33,596 nucleotides of DNA from a virus (lineage: Duplodnaviria > Caudoviricetes). Of the stretch, positions 1 through 6,750 are shown in pieces. A program made the position numbers and the translations under genes. Numbering within the stretch: the stretch's first letter is position 1; every line of letters begins with the position of its first letter. The stretch is from positions 1 to 33,596 of the IMG/VR virus record IMGVR_UViG_3300027890_000003; one strand, written 5' to 3'. The notes under the pieces were generated by a model that saw only the letters and a list, made by a program, of their open reading frames with translations, made no database searches and was not told the origin of the DNA.

Positions 1-2
1 TG

Positions 3-431
3 CGGCCCTACGTTGTCGAGCGCGACGACGAGACCATCAACGCCATGCGCGAGAAGGCCGCCGAGTTCTGGACGCGCTACGTCCTGGCCAAGCTGCGTCC
101 GCCGCTCGACTACGCGGACAGCAAGACGCTCGACACGCTGCGCCGGCTGTACCCGGGCACCGACGGTTCGGTCATCGAGGCCACGGCTGCGCATGAGCAC
201 TGGCGTGCCGTGCTGACAACCGCTCACGACATGGCCGCCAAGTACGAAGGCGTCATTGAAGGCGCCAAGGCGCATCTGCTCGCCGAGATGGGCGCCGCCG
301 CCGTCCTCAAGTTCCCCGACGGCAAGGCCTTCCGTCGCAAGGAGATCAAGACCAAGGCCGTGACCATCGAAAAACCTGCCTGCCGGCACATCGACTTCCG
401 GCTCGTCAACTTCAAGGAAGAACAAGCATGA
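3..431 (+). CDS. YqaJ/lambda-exonuclease-family recombination exonuclease, C-terminal part (5' truncated by window)
   Basis: Frame is open from base 3 (RPYVVERDDETINAMREKAAEFW...), resembling the YqaJ C-terminal 'ERDE..I..M.....FW' segment. Its stop overlaps the RecT start (ATGA). Catalytic motifs lie outside the window. Confidence 0.7.
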   Translation, partial: RPYVVERDDETINAMREKAAEFWTRYVLAKLRPPLDYADSKTLDTLRRLYPGTDGSVIEATAAHEHWRAVLTTAHDMAAKYEGVIEGAKAHLLAEMGAAAVLKFPDGKAFRRKEIKTKAVTIEKPACRHIDFRLVNFKEEQA

Positions 432-1336
432 CCACCGACCGCCTGCGCGCCGTCGCCACCGGCAACAAGGCTGAGACGCCCATCGCCAAGTTCTCCGGTT
501 TCATGGACAAGCTCAAGCCCCAGTTGGCGCTGGCTCTGCCCAAGCACATGAACGCCGACCGCATGTCGCGCCTTGCGCTCACCGCCTTCAGCACGAACGC
601 GGACCTGCAGCAGTGCTCGCCGCAGAGCATCGCCGGCTCGATCATGACGGCCGCCCAGCTCGGCCTGGAGCCCGGCATCAACGGCCAGGGCTATCTGATC
701 CCGTACAAGGGAACCTGCACCTTCGTGCCGGGCTGGAAGGGTCTCGTCGACCTGGTGGCGCGCAGCGGCCGGGCTACGGTCTGGACGGGCGTGGTCTATC
801 CGGGCGACCGCTTCGAGTACCAGCTCGGCGACGCGCCGTTCTGCCGCCACGTTCCGGGCGACGGCACCGAGGGCGACGAGTTCACACACGTCTACGGCAT
901 CGGCCGCGTTCGCGACGCCACCATGCCTGTCATCGAGGTCTGGACGCGCGCAAAGGTGCAGAAGCACTTGAAGCAGTACAACAAGGTCGGCGGCCGTCAC
1001 TACGCGCACTCGAACGAGAACAACTTCGAGATGTACGCCCGCAAGGTCGCGCTGCTGCAGGTGCTTAAGTACATGCCGGCCAGCATCGAACTGGCGAACG
1101 CCATCGAGGTCTCGCACGCTTCGGAGAGTGGCCAGCACGTTGTTCTTGACGGCGATCTCGTGCGTGTCACCGAGACACCGGAAGGCTCTGCCAAGAGCCT
1201 CGCCGATTACCGCCTGATGGTGGAGAGCGCCAGCGACCGCGAGACCGCGCAGCTGGTCATGGATGAAGCGCGCGATGTGCTGACGCCCAGCGAGATCGAA
1301 GAGCTGACGCAGGCGCTGGAGCAGGCATGGACCTGA
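428..1336 (+). CDS. recT: RecT-family single-strand annealing recombinase
   Basis: 302 aa with RecT hallmarks: LALALPKHMNADRM, L.QCSPQSI.GSIMTAAQLGLEP, YLIPY, GWKGLVDLVARSG, EMYARKVAL. RBS AAGGAAG upstream. Confidence 0.92.
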   Translation: MTTDRLRAVATGNKAETPIAKFSGFMDKLKPQLALALPKHMNADRMSRLALTAFSTNADLQQCSPQSIAGSIMTAAQLGLEPGINGQGYLIPYKGTCTFVPGWKGLVDLVARSGRATVWTGVVYPGDRFEYQLGDAPFCRHVPGDGTEGDEFTHVYGIGRVRDATMPVIEVWTRAKVQKHLKQYNKVGGRHYAHSNENNFEMYARKVALLQVLKYMPASIELANAIEVSHASESGQHVVLDGDLVRVTETPEGSAKSLADYRLMVESASDRETAQLVMDEARDVLTPSEIEELTQALEQAWT

Positions 1337-1503
1337 ACGTGCGCCGCAAAACCCTGCCCGACTTCCGGCTGGACCTGCGGGCCTGCACGGACGCAGCAGC
1401 AGCGCGAGAAGTCGTGGCCGCCGCTCGCACCGTTCTGAGCCGCGACGACTACCGCGAGCTGCAAGACGACTACCGCAACACCTTTGAGGCCCAAACCCAA
1501 TGA
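1327..1503 (+). CDS. 58-aa protein paralogous to the RecT C-terminal helical domain (not in ORF track)
   Basis: Hand translation MDLNVRRKTLPDFRLDLRACTDAAAAREVVAAARTVLSRDDYRELQDDYRNTFEAQTQ*. It fills the recT-1500 gap and its stop overlaps the next ATG (ATGA). Alternative GTG start at 1339. Confidence 0.7.
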   Translation: MDLNVRRKTLPDFRLDLRACTDAAAAREVVAAARTVLSRDDYRELQDDYRNTFEAQTQ

Positions 1504-1712
1504 CCCAACGCCGCTACTACCTCGTCACCGACAAGGTCACCGATAAGCACCGCCTCGTCCGCGCGACCCACCCGTCCACCGCACTGCGCCACGTGGCTGC
1601 CGACGCCTTCACGGTGCGCGTGGCGAGCCAGGACGACCTGCTGACGGCCATCGCGGCCGGCGTGAAGGTCGAGACCATCGCGGCCGAGCAGACCGAGCTG
1701 CCGACGACATGA
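1500..1712 (+). CDS. small phage hypothetical protein (70 aa)
   Basis: Coupled ATGA start, GC3-rich codons, 'RLVRA..P..ALRHVA...FTVRVASQDDL' pattern typical of small phage early proteins. Confidence 0.75.
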   Translation: MTQRRYYLVTDKVTDKHRLVRATHPSTALRHVAADAFTVRVASQDDLLTAIAAGVKVETIAAEQTELPTT

Positions 1713-1783
1713 CCCCTTGTCTCCCGCGCCCATCGGTGCCGGCCTACCCGGCGCCTGCTTTCTCCCTGACAGGCGGGCGCGTT

Positions 1784-1815
1784 TCCCCGGGGCCTTGTGC
1801 CTCGGGGGTTTTCTT
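1784..1815 (+). terminator. Rho-independent terminator
   Basis: CCCCGGGGC-CTTGT-GCCTCGGGG stem-loop (one G-U pair) followed by GTTTTCTT. Confidence 0.7.
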
Positions 1816-1838
1816 CTCAACTCGCTGAAAGGCGCCTG

Positions 1839-2456
1839 ATGTTCCAACTTGTTACCCCCACCACGGCCAAGCTCAAGAGCCTGACGCCCCGCATCGAGAA
1901 GCACGGCGACGAGAATGTGCCGGCCGTGTCGCTTGGCCTGTCGATCACCGGCCCGAACACCCTGCTGGATCTGTTCAGCGAGACGCTGCGCCAAGCGCTC
2001 TACAAGGCCGCCGAGGACGCGGGCGACAACTTGCCAGGCATTGACGCACCGACGCCGCTGCTGCGCACGCGTGGTCTGGAGAAGATCAAGCTCAAGACCG
2101 GCGACATGGTCGGATATCGCCTCGTCGTGGACCACGGCATTGGCGACGACAGCGCCATCGACCTGCACGACTGCAAGGTTGATAAGTGGGCACTGGAGCC
2201 GTTCGAAGGGGGCAGCATTGAGCTGAGCTTTCGTGTGGGCACGTCTGACATTGACGAGACCTGGGCGGGCCGGCTGGCGATGAAGCTTGGCCAGGAGGTC
2301 GAGATCACGCTGCACGCGCCCGAGCCCAAGCCCGATGCCATTGACGGCACCAAGGCCGCATTCGATGCGGACCATCCCGAGGCGGGCGACCTGTTCGCGG
2401 CTGAGCACGGCGGCCAGCAGCAGGACGACGACGAGACCGAAGGCGCCGAGGGCTGA
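1839..2456 (+). CDS. phage hypothetical protein with acidic C-terminus
   Basis: ATG at 1839 preceded by GAAAGG; 205 aa MFQLVTPT...RIEKHGDENVPAV...DDDETEGAEG. Confidence 0.8.
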   Translation: MFQLVTPTTAKLKSLTPRIEKHGDENVPAVSLGLSITGPNTLLDLFSETLRQALYKAAEDAGDNLPGIDAPTPLLRTRGLEKIKLKTGDMVGYRLVVDHGIGDDSAIDLHDCKVDKWALEPFEGGSIELSFRVGTSDIDETWAGRLAMKLGQEVEITLHAPEPKPDAIDGTKAAFDADHPEAGDLFAAEHGGQQQDDDETEGAEG

Positions 2457-2458
2457 TC

Positions 2459-2728
2459 ATGCCCATCCGCTACAAGCCCTATGCCGGCAGCACCGAAAGC
2501 AGAGTCGTAGAGCTGCTGCGGTTCCTTCCCGCCGGCACTGCGCTACACGGCGGCGACCTGGATACGCGGCTAGGGATTGGCGAGCGGCGAGGGCTGCACA
2601 CCAAACTTTATCGCTGCGTCAGCCACGGCTTGCTGCGCGCCGAGAAGCGCGAGGACAGTGCTGGCCGCCTGCGCATGCACTGGATGGCTGGCAACGGTGC
2701 GCCACACCACGGCACTTCGAATACTTGA
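2459..2728 (+). CDS. hypothetical protein, possibly winged-helix-like
   Basis: 89-aa ORF packed 2 nt after the previous stop; helix-rich then beta-hairpin pattern (fold is inference). Confidence 0.6.
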   Translation: MPIRYKPYAGSTESRVVELLRFLPAGTALHGGDLDTRLGIGERRGLHTKLYRCVSHGLLRAEKREDSAGRLRMHWMAGNGAPHHGTSNT

Positions 2729-2737
2729 GCGACACCC

Positions 2738-2974
2738 ATGGGCTACGAAAACCCTCTCCTGAAGCTGCCGGCCGCACAGAAGCTGCTGGCGCTGCCGCCC
2801 GATCAGCGCCAGGTCATCGAAGCGCTGATGCGCGAGCTGCGCGCGGACGCCGATCACCAGGCGGAGGCGTCGTGGCGCAAGCGCAAGGGGCCGATGGCGG
2901 CCTATTGGCGCGCCGTGTCCACCTACGCCCGCCACGTCGCCCATGCGCTGAGCAAGGGCCGGGCGAAGCCCTGA
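2738..2974 (+). CDS. phage hypothetical protein (78 aa)
   Basis: NPLLKLPAA...SWRKRKGPMAAYWRAVSTYARH; ends ...KP* inside repeat copy 1. Confidence 0.8.
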   Translation: MGYENPLLKLPAAQKLLALPPDQRQVIEALMRELRADADHQAEASWRKRKGPMAAYWRAVSTYARHVAHALSKGRAKP

Positions 2975-2995
2975 AACCCAAGCCCCTGGAACTGA
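2966..2995 (+). repeat. intergenic cassette-boundary repeat, copy 1
   Basis: AAGCCC TGA AACCCAAGCCCCTGGAACTGA; TGA 2972-2974 is the upstream stop, next ATG at 2998. Confidence 0.85.
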
Positions 2996-2997
2996 AC

Positions 2998-3426
2998 ATG
3001 AGCGACCTACTCCGCAAGATCGAAGCCGCCCGCGTCCGCGCTGCCGAGGACGCAGTGGTGGCGAGCCTCCCGCCCGAGCTGCTCGAAAGCGTGCGGACAC
3101 CCACCATGGCCGACTGGCTGCACCTGAAGGCCTATGGCTACGCGCCCGGCGACTACATGAGCCGCTGCCGTAAGTGTGGCGACACGCCCATCAACATGGA
3201 CAAGCGCGCCACCACTTGCCGGCCATGCGCTGAGGCACTGCACGCCGCCCGCTCACTCGCCGTCTCGGCCGCTGATGGCGTCGCGCTACCGCACCCTGCT
3301 GGGCGCATCTATCGGGACGATCCGCGTGATGCGAACTACGCCAATGTCGTTCCGGTCTACACCGGGGAGCAAATGCGCGAATACGCCATCGCCGTGCTCA
3401 CGCAGTCGTTGCTTCGTCAACCCTGA
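2998..3426 (+). CDS. hypothetical protein with CxxC...CxxC putative zinc ribbon
   Basis: Start MSDLLRKIE at 2998 (3' part of track ORF 2287..3426); GYAPGDYMSRCRKC...KRATTCRPCA. Confidence 0.75.
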   Translation: MSDLLRKIEAARVRAAEDAVVASLPPELLESVRTPTMADWLHLKAYGYAPGDYMSRCRKCGDTPINMDKRATTCRPCAEALHAARSLAVSAADGVALPHPAGRIYRDDPRDANYANVVPVYTGEQMREYAIAVLTQSLLRQP

Positions 3427-3446
3427 AACCCAAGCCCCGGAACTGA
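3419..3446 (+). repeat. intergenic repeat, copy 2
   Basis: AACCC TGA AACCCAAGCCCCGGAACTGA, near-identical to copy 1; next ATG at 3455. Confidence 0.85.
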
Positions 3447-3454
3447 GGTATCCC

Positions 3455-3997
3455 ATGAAACGCGAACGAGATGACCTGCCGGCAGAACGCTTGCGCGAGT
3501 TGCTGAACTACGACCCGGGAACCGGCGTCTTCACTTGGCGCATCGACCGGCGCGCAATGGCGCGGCCCGGCAGCTTGGCTGGAACCATCACGCCCAGCGG
3601 CTACCGGAACATCTGGACCGATGGCTACAACTATCGGGCGCACCGCCTGGCATGGCTGTACGTCTACGGCAAATGGCCGGCTGGCCAGATCGACCACATC
3701 AACCGTGTGCGCGATGACAACCGCATCGCCAATCTGCGGATCGTCACGCACGCCCAGAACATGGAGAACCGCAAGGTTCAGCGCAACAACACCAGCGGCT
3801 ACACGGGCGTCTACCCGGATCGCGGAGGCCGGCGCTGGCAAGCGCGGATCAGCTCCAACGGCAAGTGGCTTTACCTGGGGTACTTCAAGACCCCCGAGCT
3901 GGCCTACGCCGCCTATTGCAAGGCCGCCGCTGAACTGCACACCCACAACCCTGCTGCCCGGAATTCCCATCCTGCGGCGGCCGCGTCCGCTAATTAA
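3455..3997 (+). CDS. HNH homing endonuclease with C-terminal AP2-like DNA-binding domain
   Basis: ERLRELLNYDPGTGVFTW, YRAHRLAWLYVYGKWP, IDHINRVRDDNRIANLR, NTSGYTGVY, WQARI, YLGYF; RBS GAGGT. Confidence 0.92.
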   Translation: MKRERDDLPAERLRELLNYDPGTGVFTWRIDRRAMARPGSLAGTITPSGYRNIWTDGYNYRAHRLAWLYVYGKWPAGQIDHINRVRDDNRIANLRIVTHAQNMENRKVQRNNTSGYTGVYPDRGGRRWQARISSNGKWLYLGYFKTPELAYAAYCKAAAELHTHNPAARNSHPAAAASAN

Positions 3998-4012
3998 GCC
4001 TCGGACATAGCC

Positions 4013-4234
4013 ATGTTCTGTACCACCTGCTTCGGCCATCCAAAGGACTGTGACTGTGGAGCCCTCCAACCAAAATCGACTGGCGTTTCTGTGGTGGAAG
4101 TTCGTTCACAACGCGCTGATCCACCCGCTGCTTGCCCTGCCATGGGAGCCCCGCTGGGCTCAGCGGGCGCACGACTGGACTGCAAAGCGCTGTCCGGGAG
4201 CTGGGTGAGGCGGATCGCCGAGCGCAAGCCCTGA
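4013..4234 (+). CDS. hypothetical Cys-rich ORF (alternative to the nested 4056..4208 frame)
   Basis: MFCTTCFGHPKDCDCG...; stop falls in repeat copy 3 (...RKP*). Confidence 0.35.
   Translation: MFCTTCFGHPKDCDCGALQPKSTGVSVVEVRSQRADPPAACPAMGAPLGSAGARLDCKALSGSWVRRIAERKP
4056..4208 (+). CDS. 50-aa hypothetical protein (not in ORF track)
   Basis: GTG start 8 nt after AAAGGA; MEPSNQNRLAFLWWKFVHNALIHPLLALPWEPRWAQRAHDWTAKRCPGAG*. The HN..HPL...HDWT pattern resembles a small phage protein family (from memory). Confidence 0.6.
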   Translation: MEPSNQNRLAFLWWKFVHNALIHPLLALPWEPRWAQRAHDWTAKRCPGAG

Positions 4235-4249
4235 AACCCAATCCCCCGA
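4226..4249 (+). repeat. intergenic repeat, copy 3
   Basis: AAGCCC TGA AACCCAATCCCCCGA; next ATG at 4261. Confidence 0.85.
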
Positions 4250-4260
4250 CTGTGCACACC

Positions 4261-4539
4261 ATGAGCAACGACCAAACCGCTTGGCTGATTGAAGTCGCGC
4301 AAAGCCCCACGCTGTACTGGGACGGGTCGCTCCACTCCGACCGGGATCGCTACCGGGACGAGGTCTACGTGATCCCCAACATGCAGCCAGACGCGAGCAA
4401 GGCCGTGCGCTTTCCAAGCAAGCAGGCCGCAGAGAAGGCCTTCAACAGCTTCTACCCCAAGAACGTCTGGCCGATTCCGATCCGCATCTTGGGCCGCGAC
4501 TGCTACCGGATCGCCGAGCACATGTGGCCCGGCGCCTGA
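4261..4539 (+). CDS. hypothetical protein (92 aa)
   Basis: [11 protein letters not shown]...A.RF.SK..AE...IAEHMW; bounded by repeat copies 3 and 4. Confidence 0.75.
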   Translation: MSNDQTAWLIEVAQSPTLYWDGSLHSDRDRYRDEVYVIPNMQPDASKAVRFPSKQAAEKAFNSFYPKNVWPIPIRILGRDCYRIAEHMWPGA

Positions 4540-4556
4540 CCCCCATCCCCCGAACT
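4534..4556 (+). repeat. intergenic repeat, copy 4 (diverged)
   Basis: GCC TGA CCCCCATCCCCCGAACT; next ATG at 4562. Confidence 0.7.
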
Positions 4557-4561
4557 CGCAC

Positions 4562-5695
4562 ATGGCGGCCTACTACAACGAGATCGACCCCTATGCAGCA
4601 GCCTGGCTCCGAAACCTCATCGACGCTGGACACATCGCGCCCGGGTTCGTCGATGAGCGCAGCATCGAAGACGTCCACCCGTCCGACATCCGTGGCTTCA
4701 CCCAGTGCCATTTCTTCGCCGGCATTGGGGTATGGAGCCTCGCCCTTCGGCGCGCCGGTTGGCCAGATGATCGACCTGTTTGGACCGGTTCCTGTCCGTG
4801 CCAACCTTTCAGCTCGGCAGGCAAAGGAGCTGGGTTTGCTGACGAGCGGCACCTCTGGCCGGCTTTCTTCCACCTCATTGGCGAGTGCCGCCCTCCAGTC
4901 GTCTACGGAGAGCAGGTTGCGAGCTCTGATGTCGGGCCGTGGCTCGACCTTGTACAAGCTGACGTGGAAGACCTGGGCTACGCCTTCGGGTGTGTCGCGT
5001 TCCCGTCTGCGGGCGTCGGCGCTCCGCACATCCGCGACCGGCTCTTCTGGCTGGCCAACGCCAACAGCGGCGCTCGCCGAGAAGGGCGTGCGGACCTTCG
5101 AGGGCGGGCTGATCGAGGCAATGCGGAACCACGGCCCGGACTTGGCGGCGGCGGCGTGTCTGGCCGGCTGGGGAACGCCGAACGCATCGGCCCCGGGCGG
5201 GACGCCGGAGCAGGCCCTGGCCAGGAAGGCGGGGCTGGCGTGCGGGCAGTCGGTGACGACGCTGGACCATCAGGTGCAGCTTGCAGGATGGGCAACGACC
5301 AGCGCGCGGGATTGGCACTCTGCGAGCGGCTCGCCAGAATTCCTAGCGGAGCGAGCGGAGCAGACGCGGGGCAAGCCACTGAGCGAACAGGCATTCACGC
5401 TGCTGTCGGGATGGGGGACACCCAGGGCAGCGGATGGCGGGGGCGACCGGGGCAGCTCGGCGGGCTTCGGCCTGAGGAACGACTGCAAGCTGGCCAGGAT
5501 GGAGCAGCCGGCCCGGTTAACGGCCTCTGGCGAGCTGCTGACTGGCTCGCATGCACAGACGGCAAGTGGCGGCCAGTTGAACCCGGCTCATTCCCGCTGG
5601 CTCATGGGGCTCCCGCCCGAGTGGGACGCCTGCGCGCCTATGGCAATGCGATCAACGCCGAAGCGGCGCGCGTCTTCATCGAAGCAACCCTCTGA
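4562..5695 (+). CDS. C5-cytosine DNA methyltransferase, catalytic (alpha) polypeptide
   Basis: Motifs NEIDP (II), SIEDV (III), FFAGIG (I), GSCPCQPFS (IV, catalytic PC), EQV (VI), PHIRDRLFW (VIII), RLRAYGNAI (X). No motif IX; the middle is low-complexity G/R/A. Confidence 0.9.
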   Translation: MAAYYNEIDPYAAAWLRNLIDAGHIAPGFVDERSIEDVHPSDIRGFTQCHFFAGIGVWSLALRRAGWPDDRPVWTGSCPCQPFSSAGKGAGFADERHLWPAFFHLIGECRPPVVYGEQVASSDVGPWLDLVQADVEDLGYAFGCVAFPSAGVGAPHIRDRLFWLANANSGARREGRADLRGRADRGNAEPRPGLGGGGVSGRLGNAERIGPGRDAGAGPGQEGGAGVRAVGDDAGPSGAACRMGNDQRAGLALCERLARIPSGASGADAGQATERTGIHAAVGMGDTQGSGWRGRPGQLGGLRPEERLQAGQDGAAGPVNGLWRAADWLACTDGKWRPVEPGSFPLAHGAPARVGRLRAYGNAINAEAARVFIEATL

Positions 5696-5708
5696 ACCCA
5701 ATACCTGA
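4653..5708 (+). CDS. alternative-frame methyltransferase beta polypeptide (target-recognition repeats plus motif IX-like segment)
   Basis: Frame open 4524..5708 over the whole alpha gene, with four GW[PGA]T[PT] repeats and [18 protein letters not shown]. Start uncertain (ATGs at 4593, 4653, 4767). Confidence 0.75.
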   Translation: MSAASKTSTRPTSVASPSAISSPALGYGASPFGAPVGQMIDLFGPVPVRANLSARQAKELGLLTSGTSGRLSSTSLASAALQSSTESRLRALMSGRGSTLYKLTWKTWATPSGVSRSRLRASALRTSATGSSGWPTPTAALAEKGVRTFEGGLIEAMRNHGPDLAAAACLAGWGTPNASAPGGTPEQALARKAGLACGQSVTTLDHQVQLAGWATTSARDWHSASGSPEFLAERAEQTRGKPLSEQAFTLLSGWGTPRAADGGGDRGSSAGFGLRNDCKLARMEQPARLTASGELLTGSHAQTASGGQLNPAHSRWLMGLPPEWDACAPMAMRSTPKRRASSSKQPSEPNT

Positions 5709-5710
5709 AG
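5693..5710 (+). repeat. intergenic repeat, copy 5 (diverged)
   Basis: TGA ACCCAATACCTGAAG at the methyltransferase alpha stop; next ATG at 5721. Confidence 0.6.
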
Positions 5711-5720
5711 CCTACCCATC

Positions 5721-6098
5721 ATGAACACACGACACACCCCTGGCCCGTGGGCATGGCGCGACGACGGCACGGCCCTGGTGGGCAATCCGCCGGAGTATTC
5801 GGGCCCCTATTGCGGCTATGTCTGGTGGCCGAGAAACATCGGCGGCGAGGTGGATTGCCGAGTAGACGGCTGGTCCGCTGCAATGGGCGATTCGGTCGGC
5901 GATGACGCGCAAGCAGAAGCCAACGCCCGCTTGATCGCCGCCGCTCCGGAGCTGCTGGAGGCGCTGCAGGAATCGCTGCGGTTGCTGGAGGCGGCGCTGA
6001 CGGTGGGCTGCGAGTTCCAGCCCGGCAGCGTTGGCTGGAAAGCCCACGCCGCCATCGCCAAAGCTACCGGCCAATCCCCATTTAAGGAAACACCATGA
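5721..6098 (+). CDS. phage hypothetical protein (HTPGPW...ANARLIAAAPELLEAL family)
   Basis: Characteristic N-terminal HTPGPW and EANARLIAAAPELLEALQ segments. Confidence 0.85.
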   Translation: MNTRHTPGPWAWRDDGTALVGNPPEYSGPYCGYVWWPRNIGGEVDCRVDGWSAAMGDSVGDDAQAEANARLIAAAPELLEALQESLRLLEAALTVGCEFQPGSVGWKAHAAIAKATGQSPFKETP

Positions 6099-6367
6099 GC
6101 ATCCGCAGAGAGTTTCGCGCCTGGATCAAGACGCGCCCGGCCGGCGTAAGGGCAGCAGCGCGCACAGTCAAACCGTGGCACGCCTACCGCCTCAAGACAA
6201 CGGGGCAACACGTCGTTCTCCAGGCGTACGCCGAGAACGGCACCGTGCGCGTCGGCGTGATTGGCCACGACGATCCCATTCTCGCGCTGATGAACTACGT
6301 GGGCCTGAGCGTGTTCGGCATCAGCCCGGCAGACCTTGAGCGCCTGCCCGTCCCATGTGCCGCTTGA
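6095..6367 (+). CDS. hypothetical protein (90 aa)
   Basis: ATGA-coupled, RBS TAAGGA; preceded by partial repeat CCAATCCCC (6071-6079). Confidence 0.75.
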   Translation: MSIRREFRAWIKTRPAGVRAAARTVKPWHAYRLKTTGQHVVLQAYAENGTVRVGVIGHDDPILALMNYVGLSVFGISPADLERLPVPCAA

Positions 6368-6377
6368 AGGTCTGACC

Positions 6378-6731
6378 ATGAACACCACCGAACTGGACCC
6401 CAACGGGCTTGACGCCCATGCCCCGGGCGCCAAGTTGGACGCCGGCAAGCTGATGCCGTGGCTGTGCATCGCCGGCTTCTCCCGCGCGCTGGCCGCCGTC
6501 GCCGACGTGACCACCAAGGGGGCCGTCAAGTACACGCCGAACGGCTGGATGCACGTCCCCGAGGGCGAGGCCCGCTACATGGAAGCCTTTGGCCGCCACA
6601 TGCTGGCCCTGGCGCGCGGCGAGACGGTCGATGCCGACACGGGTGCGCTGCACAAGGCGCAAATGGTGTGGAACCTGCTGGCCAGCTTGGAACTGGAACT
6701 CCGCCGTGAGTCCGGCTGGAACAAGCCCTAA
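6378..6731 (+). CDS. dATP/dGTP diphosphohydrolase N-terminal-domain (DUF5664-like) protein
   Basis: PGAKLDAGK, ALAAVADVTTKGAVKY.PNGW, RY.EA..RH, D.DTG.LH.AQ..WN.LA.LELE; ATG at 6378 after GAAGGT. Confidence 0.82.
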   Translation: MNTTELDPNGLDAHAPGAKLDAGKLMPWLCIAGFSRALAAVADVTTKGAVKYTPNGWMHVPEGEARYMEAFGRHMLALARGETVDADTGALHKAQMVWNLLASLELELRRESGWNKP

Positions 6732-6748
6732 AACCAATCCCCAGGAAG
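6723..6748 (+). repeat. intergenic repeat, copy 6
   Basis: AAGCCC TAA AACCAATCCCCAGGAAG; next ATG at 6751. Confidence 0.8.
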
Positions 6749-6750
6749 AG

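Noticed and set aside
1444-1476. 12-bp direct repeat GACGACTACCGC x2
   Set aside because: Short in-frame coding duplication (DDYR) within the 58-aa ORF; no sign of a separate function.
2287-2997. 5' extension of ORF 2287..3426 (similarly 3176.., 6589.., 8255.. and ..17534 extensions)
   Set aside because: They overlap better genes in other frames and are Arg/Pro-rich junk; real starts follow the repeat or coupling sites.
6378-6731. Z-base (2-aminoadenine) genome pathway
   Set aside because: No purZ, datZ or dedicated polymerase in the window; the domain is widespread on its own.
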